Virus record (IMG/VR): IMGVR_UViG_3300031415_000002
Coordinates: 1,702-65,701 of that record
Origin: a virus
Lineage: Duplodnaviria > Caudoviricetes
Strand: one strand, 5' to 3'
DNA: 64,000 nucleotides
Below, piece by piece: positions 18,319-28,990 of this stretch. The notes under the pieces were generated by a model. The model was not told the DNA's origin, ran no database searches, and saw only the letters and a program-made list of their open reading frames with translations. A program made the translations under genes and the position numbers. How positions within the stretch are numbered: the first letter of the stretch is position 1; the number at the start of each line of letters is the position of its first letter.

Positions 18319-18649
18319 CCTCCTTCTCATCAATCTGCAACTTAACATCCTCAACCGTCATGCCGTGGACATGCAGGCCGTTGACTCCACTCTCATAGCA
18401 ATAATCATAGTCAGGATGGGTCGCCTCGTATCCGACATACGCCACCTCAATTGTCCAGCCACGATAATGCCACTTGGCCTTAACCGATGCCGCAGCAATG
18501 GCATCAGAGAGCGTTGGCGCTTGTGCCGACACATAGCCTATGTGGTCGGTTTGGCGCAGCATTACGGATGCGCGACCAATGACAGACATATCCACGGTGT
18601 ACATGCGCCAGCCGGTGGGGATGGAGGCTATGGCTTCTTCGGTGATCAT
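18302..18649 (-). CDS. Hypothetical protein
   Basis: 115 aa, coupled. Confidence 0.55.
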   Translation of the reverse strand: MITEEAIASIPTGWRMYTVDMSVIGRASVMLRQTDHIGYVSAQAPTLSDAIAAASVKAKWHYRGWTIEVAYVGYEATHPDYDYCYESGVNGLHVHGMTVEDVKLQIDEKEDDRAN

Positions 18650-18815
18650 TTTTCAATCCTATAATAAATGCGCCTTGCCCAAGGATAAGCTACAGACATA
18701 CGATCATGAATGGGCCTGCCCATTGCATAATCTATGTTGTCATAGCGGTAATCGTAAACTTGCCTCTCATCGCGATATGCCATGGCCCAGCCAAACTTTG
18801 CCAGAACTTTCCTAA

Positions 18816-19199
18816 TCATACCTCCCCTCCAACAATCTTAACCGCCGCATCAACCCCAATAACACCCCGCGCCAAGTCCTCCTGCTCGGCAATGGCGTCC
18901 TCAGCGCCGTCATAGTCCACCGTGACATAGGCGTCACACAGCGCGTTGTCGCGGATGCCGTCGAGCATCTTGTATAGCTCGGCAACGGCACCTTCTACGA
19001 TGCCCTGCGCTTCGGCCCAAGCATGGCTCGCCGGGGAGCGCTTGGCATACGCCACATAGCCGAGCGGATCATCGCCACGGGCTCGGTTTACTGGCTCCAG
19101 CGCATCTTCTACGGCGTGCATTGCCTTTATGATGGGGCGGGCGGTGGTTAGCCATGCAGTGTTGGTGGCTTCGATTGTGGTTTGGAGGTTAGGGTTCAT
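18816..19199 (-). CDS. Hypothetical protein
   Basis: 127 aa, coupled. Confidence 0.55.
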   Translation of the reverse strand: MNPNLQTTIEATNTAWLTTARPIIKAMHAVEDALEPVNRARGDDPLGYVAYAKRSPASHAWAEAQGIVEGAVAELYKMLDGIRDNALCDAYVTVDYDGAEDAIAEQEDLARGVIGVDAAVKIVGGEV

Positions 19200-19377
19200 G
19201 CCGACACCTCATCAAACGCAATAAGAGAATATGCCCAATTAAGCCATTCCCGCTTTTCTTCAGGGCTATCTACAAGGTTGCTGCCGACTTTATAGGCCAT
19301 TGCCTCGTCGCCAGCGCGAAGGTGGCTAAGGGCAATTTTAAGAACCTGTTCCATCACTTCCTCCATCTAACGCCGCC

Positions 19378-19416
19378 AACCTACACCTGTTGTCGTTAGT
19401 GTCAACAACTATTTTT
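19378..19416 (-). promoter_or_regulatory. Early promoter
   Basis: AAAAATAGTTG-TTGACA (19400-19405)-N16-TAGGTT. Confidence 0.7.
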
Positions 19417-20032
19417 AGCAAGGCGGGTCGCTTTCTACACAAGCCCTGCGCCTCAGCGTTTTGCATATCAGTTGAGTAATTTCCTCGCCCGTCGCGCTCC
19501 ACCGAATGGCATCCATAGCTTCATCCATAGTCAGCGATCCGGCACGCTTAATGCCCGCGTCTCGACAAATGGACTGCAATTCCTCGCGCCATAACATTGC
19601 CAATGCGCCATGCGGCAGGCACTTCATGGATTTACGCCAACGATCAACTCCATGCCATTCCGTGCCGCATTGGACATGGCCCGCTCTATCAGCAATGGGC
19701 CATGTCCATGTCACAGCTCCTTGCGCCTCGCTCGGAACGTAAAATCCGCCATGGGCAACGCTCAAAAATCTCTCATGCAGTGCCGCAAATACTAGATTCG
19801 ACACGCCGCGCATTGCCTTGATTTGCGCTGGTAAACGGTCCAATTTGTCGCGTTCAGATTTTATCTCAACCGCCGCCATCGCGTCATGCCCCACGGCCAA
19901 AACGTCTATGCGGTTGCCGAAACTGGCAGCGTTGATTTCGTGGATGATGCGACACCCAGGGATTACCTCCCGAAGCCGGTCAACCACAGGACCACGAATA
20001 TCGACCTCTGCGCTACTCCTATAGGCAGGCAT
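19415..20032 (-). CDS. PD-(D/E)XK nuclease-like protein (sce7726/MmcB-like)
   Basis: RIDVLAV and VEIKSERDKLDRLPAQ. Confidence 0.6.
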   Translation of the reverse strand: MPAYRSSAEVDIRGPVVDRLREVIPGCRIIHEINAASFGNRIDVLAVGHDAMAAVEIKSERDKLDRLPAQIKAMRGVSNLVFAALHERFLSVAHGGFYVPSEAQGAVTWTWPIADRAGHVQCGTEWHGVDRWRKSMKCLPHGALAMLWREELQSICRDAGIKRAGSLTMDEAMDAIRWSATGEEITQLICKTLRRRACVESDPPC

Positions 20033-20300
20033 TAGCGCACCGCATCCTTAGCCGAAAACGTCACATCCCGCCCCTCGCGATCAATCACCCGAACCGCCAT
20101 CCGCTCAACCGCAACGCGGCCAGCGGCTTTCAGGACTCGGTGGCGGGAGATTTCTGAGCCGATTGCGTCCACTACTACAAACATCGTCAATTCCTTTCTG
20201 TGACAAAAAATGGCCCGGATCATCGCGGTGGGGTGCGTAGATCAACGGGCCAGTAGACAACGGGGAGGATGAAGGTCGTTGCCTAGGGGTGGCTTTAGCG

Positions 20301-20723
20301 TCACGGCATTGCGTTGTCAATGCGCCATTGCTCAAAGGCCTCCCAAGCCGCAACAGCCCCCAAGGCAACGCAAACCCACGCTCCCAAGGATTGAGCGGCA
20401 AGCAGATATTTTACCTGATCGTCGGACAAAACAGATTTTGATGCATCGCGGCGTTTCATCTCTATGACCAGCGGCACGCGGGCAGGCAAAATAATATCGG
20501 ATGCGCCAACAACCAAACCCTCGGCACTATGCTTAATGACCGATGAGAATTGGCCCGCAGTTTTTAGGCCTTCATTGCGAATATGCGTTGCTACCGCGCC
20601 ATAGGTGTCTGGATAGCGCGAACGCATCCTATTGAACCAAGATGCCTGCTCTACGGCCTCCAGAGGGCATTTGCCGCGCCATTTGGGGTCGCCGTATAGC
20701 GGTATTCCATCTGGCACGATCAT
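20301..20723 (-). CDS. VRR-NUC domain endonuclease
   Basis: GASDIIL, IEMKRR and SDDQVKYL motifs. Confidence 0.8.
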   Translation of the reverse strand: MIVPDGIPLYGDPKWRGKCPLEAVEQASWFNRMRSRYPDTYGAVATHIRNEGLKTAGQFSSVIKHSAEGLVVGASDIILPARVPLVIEMKRRDASKSVLSDDQVKYLLAAQSLGAWVCVALGAVAAWEAFEQWRIDNAMP

Positions 20724-22588
20724 GCAGAATCCTCCATTTCATCTGGCGGCTCATTGTATCCATACACGCGCATAAATTCACCATCTTTTCTATAGCTGAT
20801 CGTCTCTGGCATTTCGCTAGCGCCGTTCGTCGCATTGTTGAATGCGTTATAGTCCCGCACTGCCTGTGGGTGTTTAGCATCCACGGTAAACCAAGTCGAG
20901 AAATGGCGAAACTCGGTTTTCCAGTCCGCTCTAATAGTTTTATTTCCGGCCCTGCTAACTCCGGGCTTGTATTCAGCCGATATTACGCGGTCGGTTTGAA
21001 GTTGATTTACATCCTTCTTAAACTGCTTAAACTGAAGCTCTAGAGCCTTGTGCGGATCAACAATTTCGGCCCGGCAGTCCTTAACAAAGCAGTATCGTGC
21101 TGCAATGTCATTTTTTTCGCCGCACGAAGGACAGTCTTTGCCAGTATATCGGTATCCGCAGCGATCCCATTCATTCTTGCCGACTTGCACCATGCCAAAG
21201 CACCGTCTGCCATGATGTCCCGGCATAGGTCCGTAATCAGTCATAATCTGTTCGCCAAAAACATCGACGCAATAGCCTGCTTCGTCCTTGGCGTAATCTA
21301 GGCAATCGACCTTGGCGGAAAAACTATTCTCATATCCGCAATCTGGGCAAATACACGTCAAGCCTCCGCCGCCCTCAGCCTTCCCCTTGGCTCGAATGGT
21401 CGGCGCAAAAACGTCACCGTCTGGGAAGTGAGTGGACATGTTGTCAGCCGTGAAGTCCAAATAAAGGCAATCCGGCTTACCACCAGCGATCATCGCGGCT
21501 TCGCGTTGGCTAATGGTGTCCAGCGGCATTCCTGGCGCATATACTGGCCTAAGCCCGCGCCCGATGATCTGCTGTAGCAGCCGCGCGCTCTCGGTCTTGC
21601 GTAGTACCGCGATTACATCAACGTGTGGAAGGTCCACGCCAACGGTCAGGACACCGACATTGACCACATATTTGAGCCGCTGCGCCGCAAAGCGCTTCAA
21701 AATGGCTTCACGGTCGCCTGTTTCGCCCGTTACGATAGCTGACAATTCCGGCGGCAGGCTTGCCATGACCTCTTGTGCGTGTTGCACCGTGGCGGCATAG
21801 ATCAGAACGCCTTTACGATTGCGAGCTTTGGCTACGATTGCACCGCAAATAGCTGCTGTCAGCCGCCCGTGACCGTGATAGGCTCGATCAACCGCAACCG
21901 CGTCGAATTTTCCCTGCTTGTTGGGCAATAGAGCGGAGGTGTCATAGGCAACGTCTGGATCGGTGCCGCCAATAACTGGCGGTGTAAGAAACCGCTGCTC
22001 GATCAGATAGCGCGGCTCGACACGATACAGCAATTTGCCCGCGTAAGGCTCGATAGCCACGTCTTCGCCATTAACCCGGCCATCTGGCCATTCACGGAAA
22101 ATGTAGCCCGTGCCAAGGCGATACGGAGTGGCCGTAAGCAAGACGACGCGCAGATTGGGATTGCCTTCGCGCATGGCCTCGATAATGGCCTTGACGGTTG
22201 GCGTCAAAAGGTCGCCTTCATCCACAATGACCATAGCAAAATCGCGCTGGAACGCGCTGATACGGCCCTTGATAGTTAGCGGCGTCCCAAATACCACCGG
22301 ATGCCGGAGTGACTTAGCTCCAGCCGATGCAGAATACATGCTTGCCGGATTGCCGGTCAAAAGGTATTTCGCGTGGTTCTGCTTAACAAGTTCCGCTGAC
22401 GGAGCGATGCAAAGCACACGCTTGCCTGTCATGCCAAAAATGATACGCGCAATTTCCGCGCAAATTAGCGACTTGCCAGCGCCAGTAGCCAACTCCAAAA
22501 GGCATGGCTCAACGCTGCGCTTAACGTATTCTATTACCTTATCAACAGCTTCCCGCTGATAGTCGCGAAGCGTGTATTTAACGGTCAT
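20720..22588 (-). CDS. SF2 DEAD/DEAH-like helicase (RadD/YejH-like) with Zn fingers
   Basis: LRDYQ, ATGAGKS, IVDEGD, TATPYR, VLTVGVD and QIIGRGLR motifs. Confidence 0.9.
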   Translation of the reverse strand: MTVKYTLRDYQREAVDKVIEYVKRSVEPCLLELATGAGKSLICAEIARIIFGMTGKRVLCIAPSAELVKQNHAKYLLTGNPASMYSASAGAKSLRHPVVFGTPLTIKGRISAFQRDFAMVIVDEGDLLTPTVKAIIEAMREGNPNLRVVLLTATPYRLGTGYIFREWPDGRVNGEDVAIEPYAGKLLYRVEPRYLIEQRFLTPPVIGGTDPDVAYDTSALLPNKQGKFDAVAVDRAYHGHGRLTAAICGAIVAKARNRKGVLIYAATVQHAQEVMASLPPELSAIVTGETGDREAILKRFAAQRLKYVVNVGVLTVGVDLPHVDVIAVLRKTESARLLQQIIGRGLRPVYAPGMPLDTISQREAAMIAGGKPDCLYLDFTADNMSTHFPDGDVFAPTIRAKGKAEGGGGLTCICPDCGYENSFSAKVDCLDYAKDEAGYCVDVFGEQIMTDYGPMPGHHGRRCFGMVQVGKNEWDRCGYRYTGKDCPSCGEKNDIAARYCFVKDCRAEIVDPHKALELQFKQFKKDVNQLQTDRVISAEYKPGVSRAGNKTIRADWKTEFRHFSTWFTVDAKHPQAVRDYNAFNNATNGASEMPETISYRKDGEFMRVYGYNEPPDEMEDSA

Positions 22589-23472
22589 CGCAACCCCCAA
22601 TACTCACTATCTTTGCCCTTAAACTTGGACGTATCGGCCCCAGGTGCGTAATGGTCCAAGGCTTTTTTGTAAGAAATGGCACCACTCTTGCGAGTAAGCG
22701 TAAGTTTGCGTCCACTAATCAGCGCATCCCGCTCCTTGGCCAAAGCAACCATCTCCTTTAGAAGGTCGGCCTTGCGCTCCGCGATACGATCGGCCTGTTC
22801 GGCTAATTCGTCCCATTCCCGGATCATGCGCGAAGCTTCTGGCGTGTCGATTTCCACCCTAAGCGGCCCAAGATGCTCATCCGCGTTCTCCGCCACCTCA
22901 TGAAGATATTCCGCAAAAAACTGTCTTAGCTTCGGCATATTTTCATCAAGCCAATCCTGATCCGGCAAAACAGTTTCAAGCTTATTACCATGCGCACTGG
23001 ACTGCCAAAAATGTGCCCATTTACGCCCCGTTGCCAGCAATTCTAGCTGCACCTGGGCATAATAATGCGGCATGTCATTGATAGACTTGAACGACGCCGT
23101 TTCATCTTTGCGCTTGCCCCATGGCACCTTGGCCTCAAGCAAGCCATCGTCGCCAATCAGGCCATCGGGCGACGCGCCGCTCCAGTCCTCATACGGGAAA
23201 AAGCCGCACTCCTCGACCTTATTGCCAGTTTCCAATTGATAATCAACCAGCGCGCCTGACTCATGAAAGCGGCCATGCGTCATGATGGTGTTTTCAAGAA
23301 ACTCACTGGTTTCACGTGGCGCACCAAGAGCATCGCGTACCATCATCCGCATGCACTGCGCACGCGTCATATTGGGCGATACGCCTAGCGCGGCCCCGGC
23401 TATGGAGCCGGTCAAACGTCCTTTGCGGGCGGCGTACCATTCGGGGGAGCGTTGGGGTGCATCAGTAGTCAT
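22585..23472 (-). CDS. YqaJ-like viral recombination exonuclease
   Basis: QRSPEWYAARKGRLTGS, GASPDGL, LEAKVP and YYAQVQ motifs. Confidence 0.88.
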   Translation of the reverse strand: MTTDAPQRSPEWYAARKGRLTGSIAGAALGVSPNMTRAQCMRMMVRDALGAPRETSEFLENTIMTHGRFHESGALVDYQLETGNKVEECGFFPYEDWSGASPDGLIGDDGLLEAKVPWGKRKDETASFKSINDMPHYYAQVQLELLATGRKWAHFWQSSAHGNKLETVLPDQDWLDENMPKLRQFFAEYLHEVAENADEHLGPLRVEIDTPEASRMIREWDELAEQADRIAERKADLLKEMVALAKERDALISGRKLTLTRKSGAISYKKALDHYAPGADTSKFKGKDSEYWGLR

Positions 23473-23686
23473 CATGGCGCTCCATAAAAGCCAAGCCATA
23501 GGCGCCCGGCAGTTCTGCCCATATTGCGCCACGGGTAAAATATGGCCCAAAATCATATGCATCTTCTGCATCGATTGGGCCCTCCTCAGTCATCAGGGCA
23601 AGCGAGGATGAACATCCATCGTTGCATACGATGACAATCTTTTTGCCGCCTTCCGGCTTGCGTTCATCCCATTTATGCCATTCCAT
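23462..23686 (-). CDS. Hypothetical protein
   Basis: MEWHKWDERKP start. Confidence 0.5.
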   Translation of the reverse strand: MEWHKWDERKPEGGKKIVIVCNDGCSSSLALMTEEGPIDAEDAYDFGPYFTRGAIWAELPGAYGLAFMERHDDY

Positions 23687-23930
23687 TATCCTGTCTCCTA
23701 TCCCTAATCCACTGATTAAACAAAACCTCGCCATACCGATCAAGCGTAAGATGCGTGAGGTCCGTGCCAGCGTTGTTGGCAATGCGACGATGAATAATTA
23801 CGCGCTTGCCATGCCCCACTAATCGCGCCACTTCCCAATCGCCCTTAGGAAGTTCCTGCGCATACCCCAGCGTTTCGCAATACGCGATGAATTTGGGCAG
23901 TGCGGTTACGGCTAGGCGGTTGCGGCTCAT
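23673..23930 (-). CDS. Hypothetical protein
   Basis: 85 aa, coupled. Confidence 0.55.
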   Translation of the reverse strand: MSRNRLAVTALPKFIAYCETLGYAQELPKGDWEVARLVGHGKRVIIHRRIANNAGTDLTHLTLDRYGEVLFNQWIRDRRQDNGMA

Positions 23931-24268
23931 ACGTCGAGACCGCGAATTTCTTTGATGTCACGGACACGTAGGCCGATGGACCGGAAATACTCATCGGTAT
24001 GACCCATCAAATATGCCCAGCCTGTCATTTCTGAAAAATGCTGTTTCAGCTTATTCATGGCCATGACATTAATTTCTGCATCACGCAAAATTGGCTCCTG
24101 AATAACCTCAGGAAACTGTCCAACCGTGGCAACCTTCATCTTCACGTCGCCAAAGTCGTGATCGCCATGCTTACTGTTTGCGACCTGTTTTTCAACAGCG
24201 GCGCGCGGGCCGATATATTCGATTACGCGCAAAACGCGGATAATGTCTTGCTTCATTTCATCCTCCAT
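23927..24268 (-). CDS. Hypothetical protein
   Basis: 113 aa with RBS. Confidence 0.55.
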   Translation of the reverse strand: MEDEMKQDIIRVLRVIEYIGPRAAVEKQVANSKHGDHDFGDVKMKVATVGQFPEVIQEPILRDAEINVMAMNKLKQHFSEMTGWAYLMGHTDEYFRSIGLRVRDIKEIRGLDV

Positions 24269-24269
24269 A

Positions 24270-24300
24270 AAACAACCCCGCCACCCGAAAGCGGCGGGGC
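24270..24300 (-). terminator. Rho-independent terminator after the SSB gene
   Basis: Minus strand GCCCCGCCGC-TTTCGG-GTGGCGGGG followed by TTGTTTT. Confidence 0.6.
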
Positions 24301-24309
24301 ATAGGTAAA

Positions 24310-24918
24310 TCAGAAGTCGCCATGCATCGAGATGAATGGCACGTCATCACTCAGGTCGTGATCGACACTGCTTGCGCGGCCACGCGAGGCATAGCTTCCG
24401 CCGTTGCCGGTCGATGCAGGCTTAGCCTTAGCTGCGCCAACCTCAACCTGTCCGCCGTCCTTAGGCTGAACCATCTGGACGTAATTGCCTTCCTTGCCTT
24501 CAATCGACCAGATGCCGAGCTTCAACAGCATGGCCTTGCCGCAGAGCGAGCCCATCAGGTCAACGTCGGACGGACGCCCGCCCTTCTTGGCAAGTTTGCC
24601 GCCAGCGTTCTTGTCAATAGCGGCCAGCATCCGAAGAGCCTTGTCCTTCTTCTGCGCCGGATTCTTGGCGCGACTATCGACGTCGGTGACGTACAGCTTC
24701 TGAAACACGCGGCGATTTTCGTATTCCTGCGGCTTGGCAACCTGCCACTGGATCGAAATATATTCCGTGCCCTCGTATTCCGCCCACTTTGCCTCGGTCG
24801 GCATGGCCAGAACCTTGGACCCTTCCGGGATAGGCTCGATATTGCCGCCACCTGCGTCAAATTCTCCGGTCGATCCCTGGGTCAGGTCTTCGTTATCGCT
24901 GGTGTTCCAGAAGCTCAT
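24310..24918 (-). CDS. Single-stranded DNA-binding protein (DUF669-like)
   Basis: YISIQWQV and YENRRVFQKL; acidic tail DLSDDVPF. Confidence 0.75.
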   Translation of the reverse strand: MSFWNTSDNEDLTQGSTGEFDAGGGNIEPIPEGSKVLAMPTEAKWAEYEGTEYISIQWQVAKPQEYENRRVFQKLYVTDVDSRAKNPAQKKDKALRMLAAIDKNAGGKLAKKGGRPSDVDLMGSLCGKAMLLKLGIWSIEGKEGNYVQMVQPKDGGQVEVGAAKAKPASTGNGGSYASRGRASSVDHDLSDDVPFISMHGDF

Positions 24919-25748
24919 GCCTTGGTTCCTTCTTCTTCGTTATCGGTGGTTTCGGGTGTTGGTTCGGCCTGCTTGCGTGCGGGCTTCTTTGGTTCTTGCT
25001 CCGTCAGATACGGCGCAAGCGGGTTTTCGCCTTGGATGAACTCGATATCCTCGGTGATGCCTAGGCGGTTCTTGGCCAAGCTGGATGGGGTCATATAAGC
25101 GGTAATGACGCGCTCCCCTGTGGTCTTTGCCTTTTTGCTTCCTTCATCACCCATAAGAATTGTCGCCTGACGCACAAACCCCACCAAGCTTACGGAGTCA
25201 ACATAAGGCGCAAGAGATTTCTTGTGCAGACGCAAGGACCACTGGTTATAAGAGTCCGAGTCGGGCGGATCAATCGTGGTAATGTCGGCGTGCGCAAGAA
25301 ACACAACATTCATACCCCGGCGCTTGCGGATTGCCTCAGCGGCGCGGCGAACCCGAGCGTGATTAGCCGCGAGAGCATCGTAACCAGCACCATAACCCCC
25401 CAATGCGCTGCCAAGGCCCCGCGCCTTTGGGTCGCTGGCAATGATGTCAGCCGAAAACAGCGCATCAAGGCCCGTAACGCTGTCGATAATCAGCGTCTGA
25501 TAGCTATGATCTTCATCCACAAGTGCCATAAGCTGCGCCCACAGGTCGGCAACCTTCTGCACCTCACCGAGCATATCGGGCACCATGCCATCAGGCAAAT
25601 CACTGGGGATTGCTTCGCCCGTGGTGCGGATCATGAACGGTGCCGGGAAGGCCGCAGCGAGGCTGGTCTTGCCAGACCCTGGCGTACCTACAATGGTGCC
25701 GATAAACGGCTCTTTTCCGGGCTTCTTTGCCCCTGCTAGCAATGACAT
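24915..25748 (-). CDS. AAA_24/Sak4-like ATPase (recombinase)
   Basis: GTPGSGKT Walker A, LIIDSVT, VFLAH and AKNRLG motifs. Confidence 0.8.
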   Translation of the reverse strand: MSLLAGAKKPGKEPFIGTIVGTPGSGKTSLAAAFPAPFMIRTTGEAIPSDLPDGMVPDMLGEVQKVADLWAQLMALVDEDHSYQTLIIDSVTGLDALFSADIIASDPKARGLGSALGGYGAGYDALAANHARVRRAAEAIRKRRGMNVVFLAHADITTIDPPDSDSYNQWSLRLHKKSLAPYVDSVSLVGFVRQATILMGDEGSKKAKTTGERVITAYMTPSSLAKNRLGITEDIEFIQGENPLAPYLTEQEPKKPARKQAEPTPETTDNEEEGTKA

Positions 25749-25835
25749 ATTTCGCTTTCCTTTCTTCTAGCGGGTTGACGTTTGCCACGGTTTCAACGTA
25801 CATGCAAGGGCATATTTCACAAAAAGAGGTGCGCA

Positions 25836-26003
25836 GTGCTGACGCTAAACGATATAGTGCTTAAATTGCAGGACAGGAGGCTTGACAAGGTTTCGGAGGC
25901 AACTGGCCTGCATCGAAACACTATTGCCAATGTACGCGACGGAAAAACCAACAATCCTGACTACAAGGTCGTTGAAAAGCTAAGCGCCTATTTGAGCGCC
26001 TAA
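25836..26003 (+). CDS. Cro-like HTH regulator
   Basis: VSEATGLHRNTIANVRDGKTNNP; divergent from the recombination operon. Confidence 0.7.
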   Translation: MLTLNDIVLKLQDRRLDKVSEATGLHRNTIANVRDGKTNNPDYKVVEKLSAYLSA

Positions 26004-26005
26004 CA

Positions 26006-26686
26006 ATGGAAATTATTAGCAGAAACGAAGCCAAGGCGGCCGGATTAAAGCGCTATTTTACAGGAAAGCCGTGCCCTCATGGACACGTAGCATTCCGGTG
26101 GGTGTCTGGATTTAATTGTTCAGTTTGCCTTGATATTAGCAAGAAGGCTTACCGCGCCGATCCAGAATTTCATGCGCGTGAATTGGCTTACAAAGCTGAA
26201 TATCGCGATGCCAATCGAGAAGCCGTAAATGAATACGCACGCTGGTATTGGCGCAATCACCCCAATGCAAAAATTGTGGATGCCAAGCAAAAAGAAAAAC
26301 ATAAAGAAAAGCGCAAAGAATATAACAAAAAATACTTTTCGGATAGACCGGAATACCATCGTCAGCGCCATGCGAAATGGCGATCTAAAAATCCTGACGC
26401 AATAAGGTCATACATTTCAGCGCGTCGCGCAAGAGAAATGGATGCGGATGGCGAATACACAGCAAAAGATGTTAAGCTGATCTTTTCCGAACAGAATGGG
26501 CAATGTTCTGGATGTTTATGCATTTTGCAAAAAGGTTATCACGTCGATCATGTAATGCCGCTAATTTTAGGCGGGTCGAATTGGCCTAGCAATTTGCAAT
26601 TACTTTGCCCTTCCTGCAACAGCCGCAAAAATGCGATGCATCCGCTAGATTGGTTTGCACAGATCAACAAGGCTTATTTCTCATGA
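26006..26686 (+). CDS. HNH homing endonuclease
   Basis: YFTGKPCPHGH N-terminus; HVDHVMPLILGGSNWPSNLQLLCPSCN. Confidence 0.9.
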   Translation: MEIISRNEAKAAGLKRYFTGKPCPHGHVAFRWVSGFNCSVCLDISKKAYRADPEFHARELAYKAEYRDANREAVNEYARWYWRNHPNAKIVDAKQKEKHKEKRKEYNKKYFSDRPEYHRQRHAKWRSKNPDAIRSYISARRAREMDADGEYTAKDVKLIFSEQNGQCSGCLCILQKGYHVDHVMPLILGGSNWPSNLQLLCPSCNSRKNAMHPLDWFAQINKAYFS

Positions 26687-28965
26687 TGTACCGCGATTTC
26701 TGGAAAGCCGGTTACAAGATTTTCCCGCTTTACGGCGCAAACAAAGACGGATCGTGCCAGTGCGGCGACCCGGAATGCGCAGCAATTTTGAAACATCCGC
26801 GTATCGGGTCGTGGAGCATAATTCCACTTTTCGATGAGGATGTAATCAATAATTTCGAAGAGTTTGACCAGTTTGCCACGGGTTATGGCGTTCTTTGCTC
26901 CGGCCTTCTGGTCATCGACGTTGATGCGCGCAACGGTGGCGTGGAGAGCTTTGAGCGACTGGTTCACGAATACCCCTCCATCAATGAATCGCGGCTTGAG
27001 GTTGCCACGGGTTCGGGCGGCGGATCGAAGCACGTCTATTTCCGCCTGCCCGAGCCCATCGCGCTCATCCAGAGCCATGCCGATTATCCCGGCATTGACT
27101 TCAAATCATCCGGTTATGTGGTTGGCCCAGGGTCGCGCCATGTCAGCGGCGGTTCTTACGAGGCGGATGGCTATCCTGAGGAAATCACGGATGCGCCAGA
27201 TGATCTAATCGCGCTGCTACGCAAGCCCGAGCGGCACCGCGTCGATTACAACGGCACACCTTTGGACGTGTCGCACGCCGATATTGAAGAAATGCTGCGC
27301 CACATCCCAAATTCCGGTCTCGACTATGAGGTTTGGGTCCGTGTCGGCATGGCGGTCCATCACGCGACGGGCGGCACGGGCTATGACCTGTGGGATGCGT
27401 GGAGCGCGACATGCCCCGATAAGCACGACGAAGCCCGTATGCCCAACAAATGGCATAGCTTCGGGCGCAGCGCCAACCCCGTAACGGTCGGCACGCTCAT
27501 CCATCATGCGCAGGAAAATGGCTGGGTCATGCCGATCCGAATGATGGATGGCATGGGCGATTTGCCCGAAATGAGCATGAAGGAGCCGGAACCAGCCGAT
27601 GGTTTGCCATTCGATATTTCGGGCATCGATTTGACCCAGCCTCCCGGCTTTGTCGGCGAGGTGGCGCGCTGGATTGAAAGTCAATCCCGTCGACCGCGCC
27701 GCCATTTGGCTGCTGCCGCCGCCGTGACCGCCATCGGTAACATCGCTGGATTGCGTTATACCGATGACCGTGATGGCGTAACAACCAATATGCTCACTTT
27801 CTGCGTAGCCGCGTCTCGTACCGGCAAGGAAAGCATACAGCAAGCTGTTTATACTCTTCATAAGGCTGCTGGCATAATGCCAGCAAGTCATGGCGGTATT
27901 AAATCAGAGCAGGAGATCGTAAAGAATCTTACGAGACACCAAGCCTCTTTCTACGTCATTGACGAAATTGGCCTGCAACTCCAGAAAATACAGAACGCAA
28001 TCAAGCGCGGGGGTGCTGTGTATTTGGAAGGCGTCATCGCCATGATTATGAGCGTGCAATCCAAAGCACACGGATACATGATGCTCAATGGCGACCTCAA
28101 GGAGAAATTGCGAGAGGATTTGTCTAAGGAATTAAGCCAAGTCACAAAAAAAATGGATGGCGGTGAAACACCATATTTGCTGGGCCAACAAGCCATGCTG
28201 GAGCACGCCCTAGCAAATGTGGACCAAGGGCTGGACCGGCCATTTTTGTCGCTTATCGGATTCACCACGCCTAGCACTTTCGAGAAGCTGGTTGACCGCG
28301 AAAGCGCCACCAACGGATTTTTCGGACGGGCTGTGCTTTTCCAAGAGCATGACACCGTGCCGCGCCTAAAGGATGATTTTTCCAAGCAGGCCATGGGCGA
28401 GGGCATTGAAATGGCGGTGCGCCAGATTTTCTCGGACGGCCATTTCGATGCCCAGCAAATCCGTATCGAGAATTACCGTCCTCGTTCGGTTGTTCCGTCC
28501 GATCCCAAGGCGCTGGAGATGCTTTCCGCCATTGGCAAATGGATGCAATCACAAGCCGAGGATGAGGCTACCAGAGAGGGTCTGGAGGCGCTGTGGCTTG
28601 GCGCATACGAGATTGTCAGCAAGATCAGCCTGATCCTTGCCGTACCAGGGATGCTGCGCACTGCCGAGCATGTCCGGTGGGCCTTCGCTGTGGTCAAGCG
28701 GGACGTTGAGAGCAAAATCCGTCTTGCCATTGGCAATGACGACGCCAAGCCTAAAAAGAACGACGCGCTTCGCGCCCGCATTGAAGGGCTATGCCAAGCG
28801 CCCATTGCCCATGGCACCATCATCAATCGACTTGAGCGCGCTTTCAGCAGAGAGGACATCGGCAAGGCGCTTGAGGCCATGCTGAAAAACGGCGCATTGA
28901 CCAAGGCTGTCACCATCCACTCGAAGCGGAAAACCGAGATCGTGAAATACGAGGTGCGCCATTGA
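26683..28965 (+). CDS. Prim-Pol/PriCT-2 primase-helicase
   Basis: LLVIDVDARNGG, TGSGGGSKHVYF, GYVVGPGSRH, WVRVGMAVH and FYVIDEIG motifs. Confidence 0.88.
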   Translation: MMYRDFWKAGYKIFPLYGANKDGSCQCGDPECAAILKHPRIGSWSIIPLFDEDVINNFEEFDQFATGYGVLCSGLLVIDVDARNGGVESFERLVHEYPSINESRLEVATGSGGGSKHVYFRLPEPIALIQSHADYPGIDFKSSGYVVGPGSRHVSGGSYEADGYPEEITDAPDDLIALLRKPERHRVDYNGTPLDVSHADIEEMLRHIPNSGLDYEVWVRVGMAVHHATGGTGYDLWDAWSATCPDKHDEARMPNKWHSFGRSANPVTVGTLIHHAQENGWVMPIRMMDGMGDLPEMSMKEPEPADGLPFDISGIDLTQPPGFVGEVARWIESQSRRPRRHLAAAAAVTAIGNIAGLRYTDDRDGVTTNMLTFCVAASRTGKESIQQAVYTLHKAAGIMPASHGGIKSEQEIVKNLTRHQASFYVIDEIGLQLQKIQNAIKRGGAVYLEGVIAMIMSVQSKAHGYMMLNGDLKEKLREDLSKELSQVTKKMDGGETPYLLGQQAMLEHALANVDQGLDRPFLSLIGFTTPSTFEKLVDRESATNGFFGRAVLFQEHDTVPRLKDDFSKQAMGEGIEMAVRQIFSDGHFDAQQIRIENYRPRSVVPSDPKALEMLSAIGKWMQSQAEDEATREGLEALWLGAYEIVSKISLILAVPGMLRTAEHVRWAFAVVKRDVESKIRLAIGNDDAKPKKNDALRARIEGLCQAPIAHGTIINRLERAFSREDIGKALEAMLKNGALTKAVTIHSKRKTEIVKYEVRH

Positions 28966-28990
28966 CGGCGCATTTTGGGTAGGATAGGGT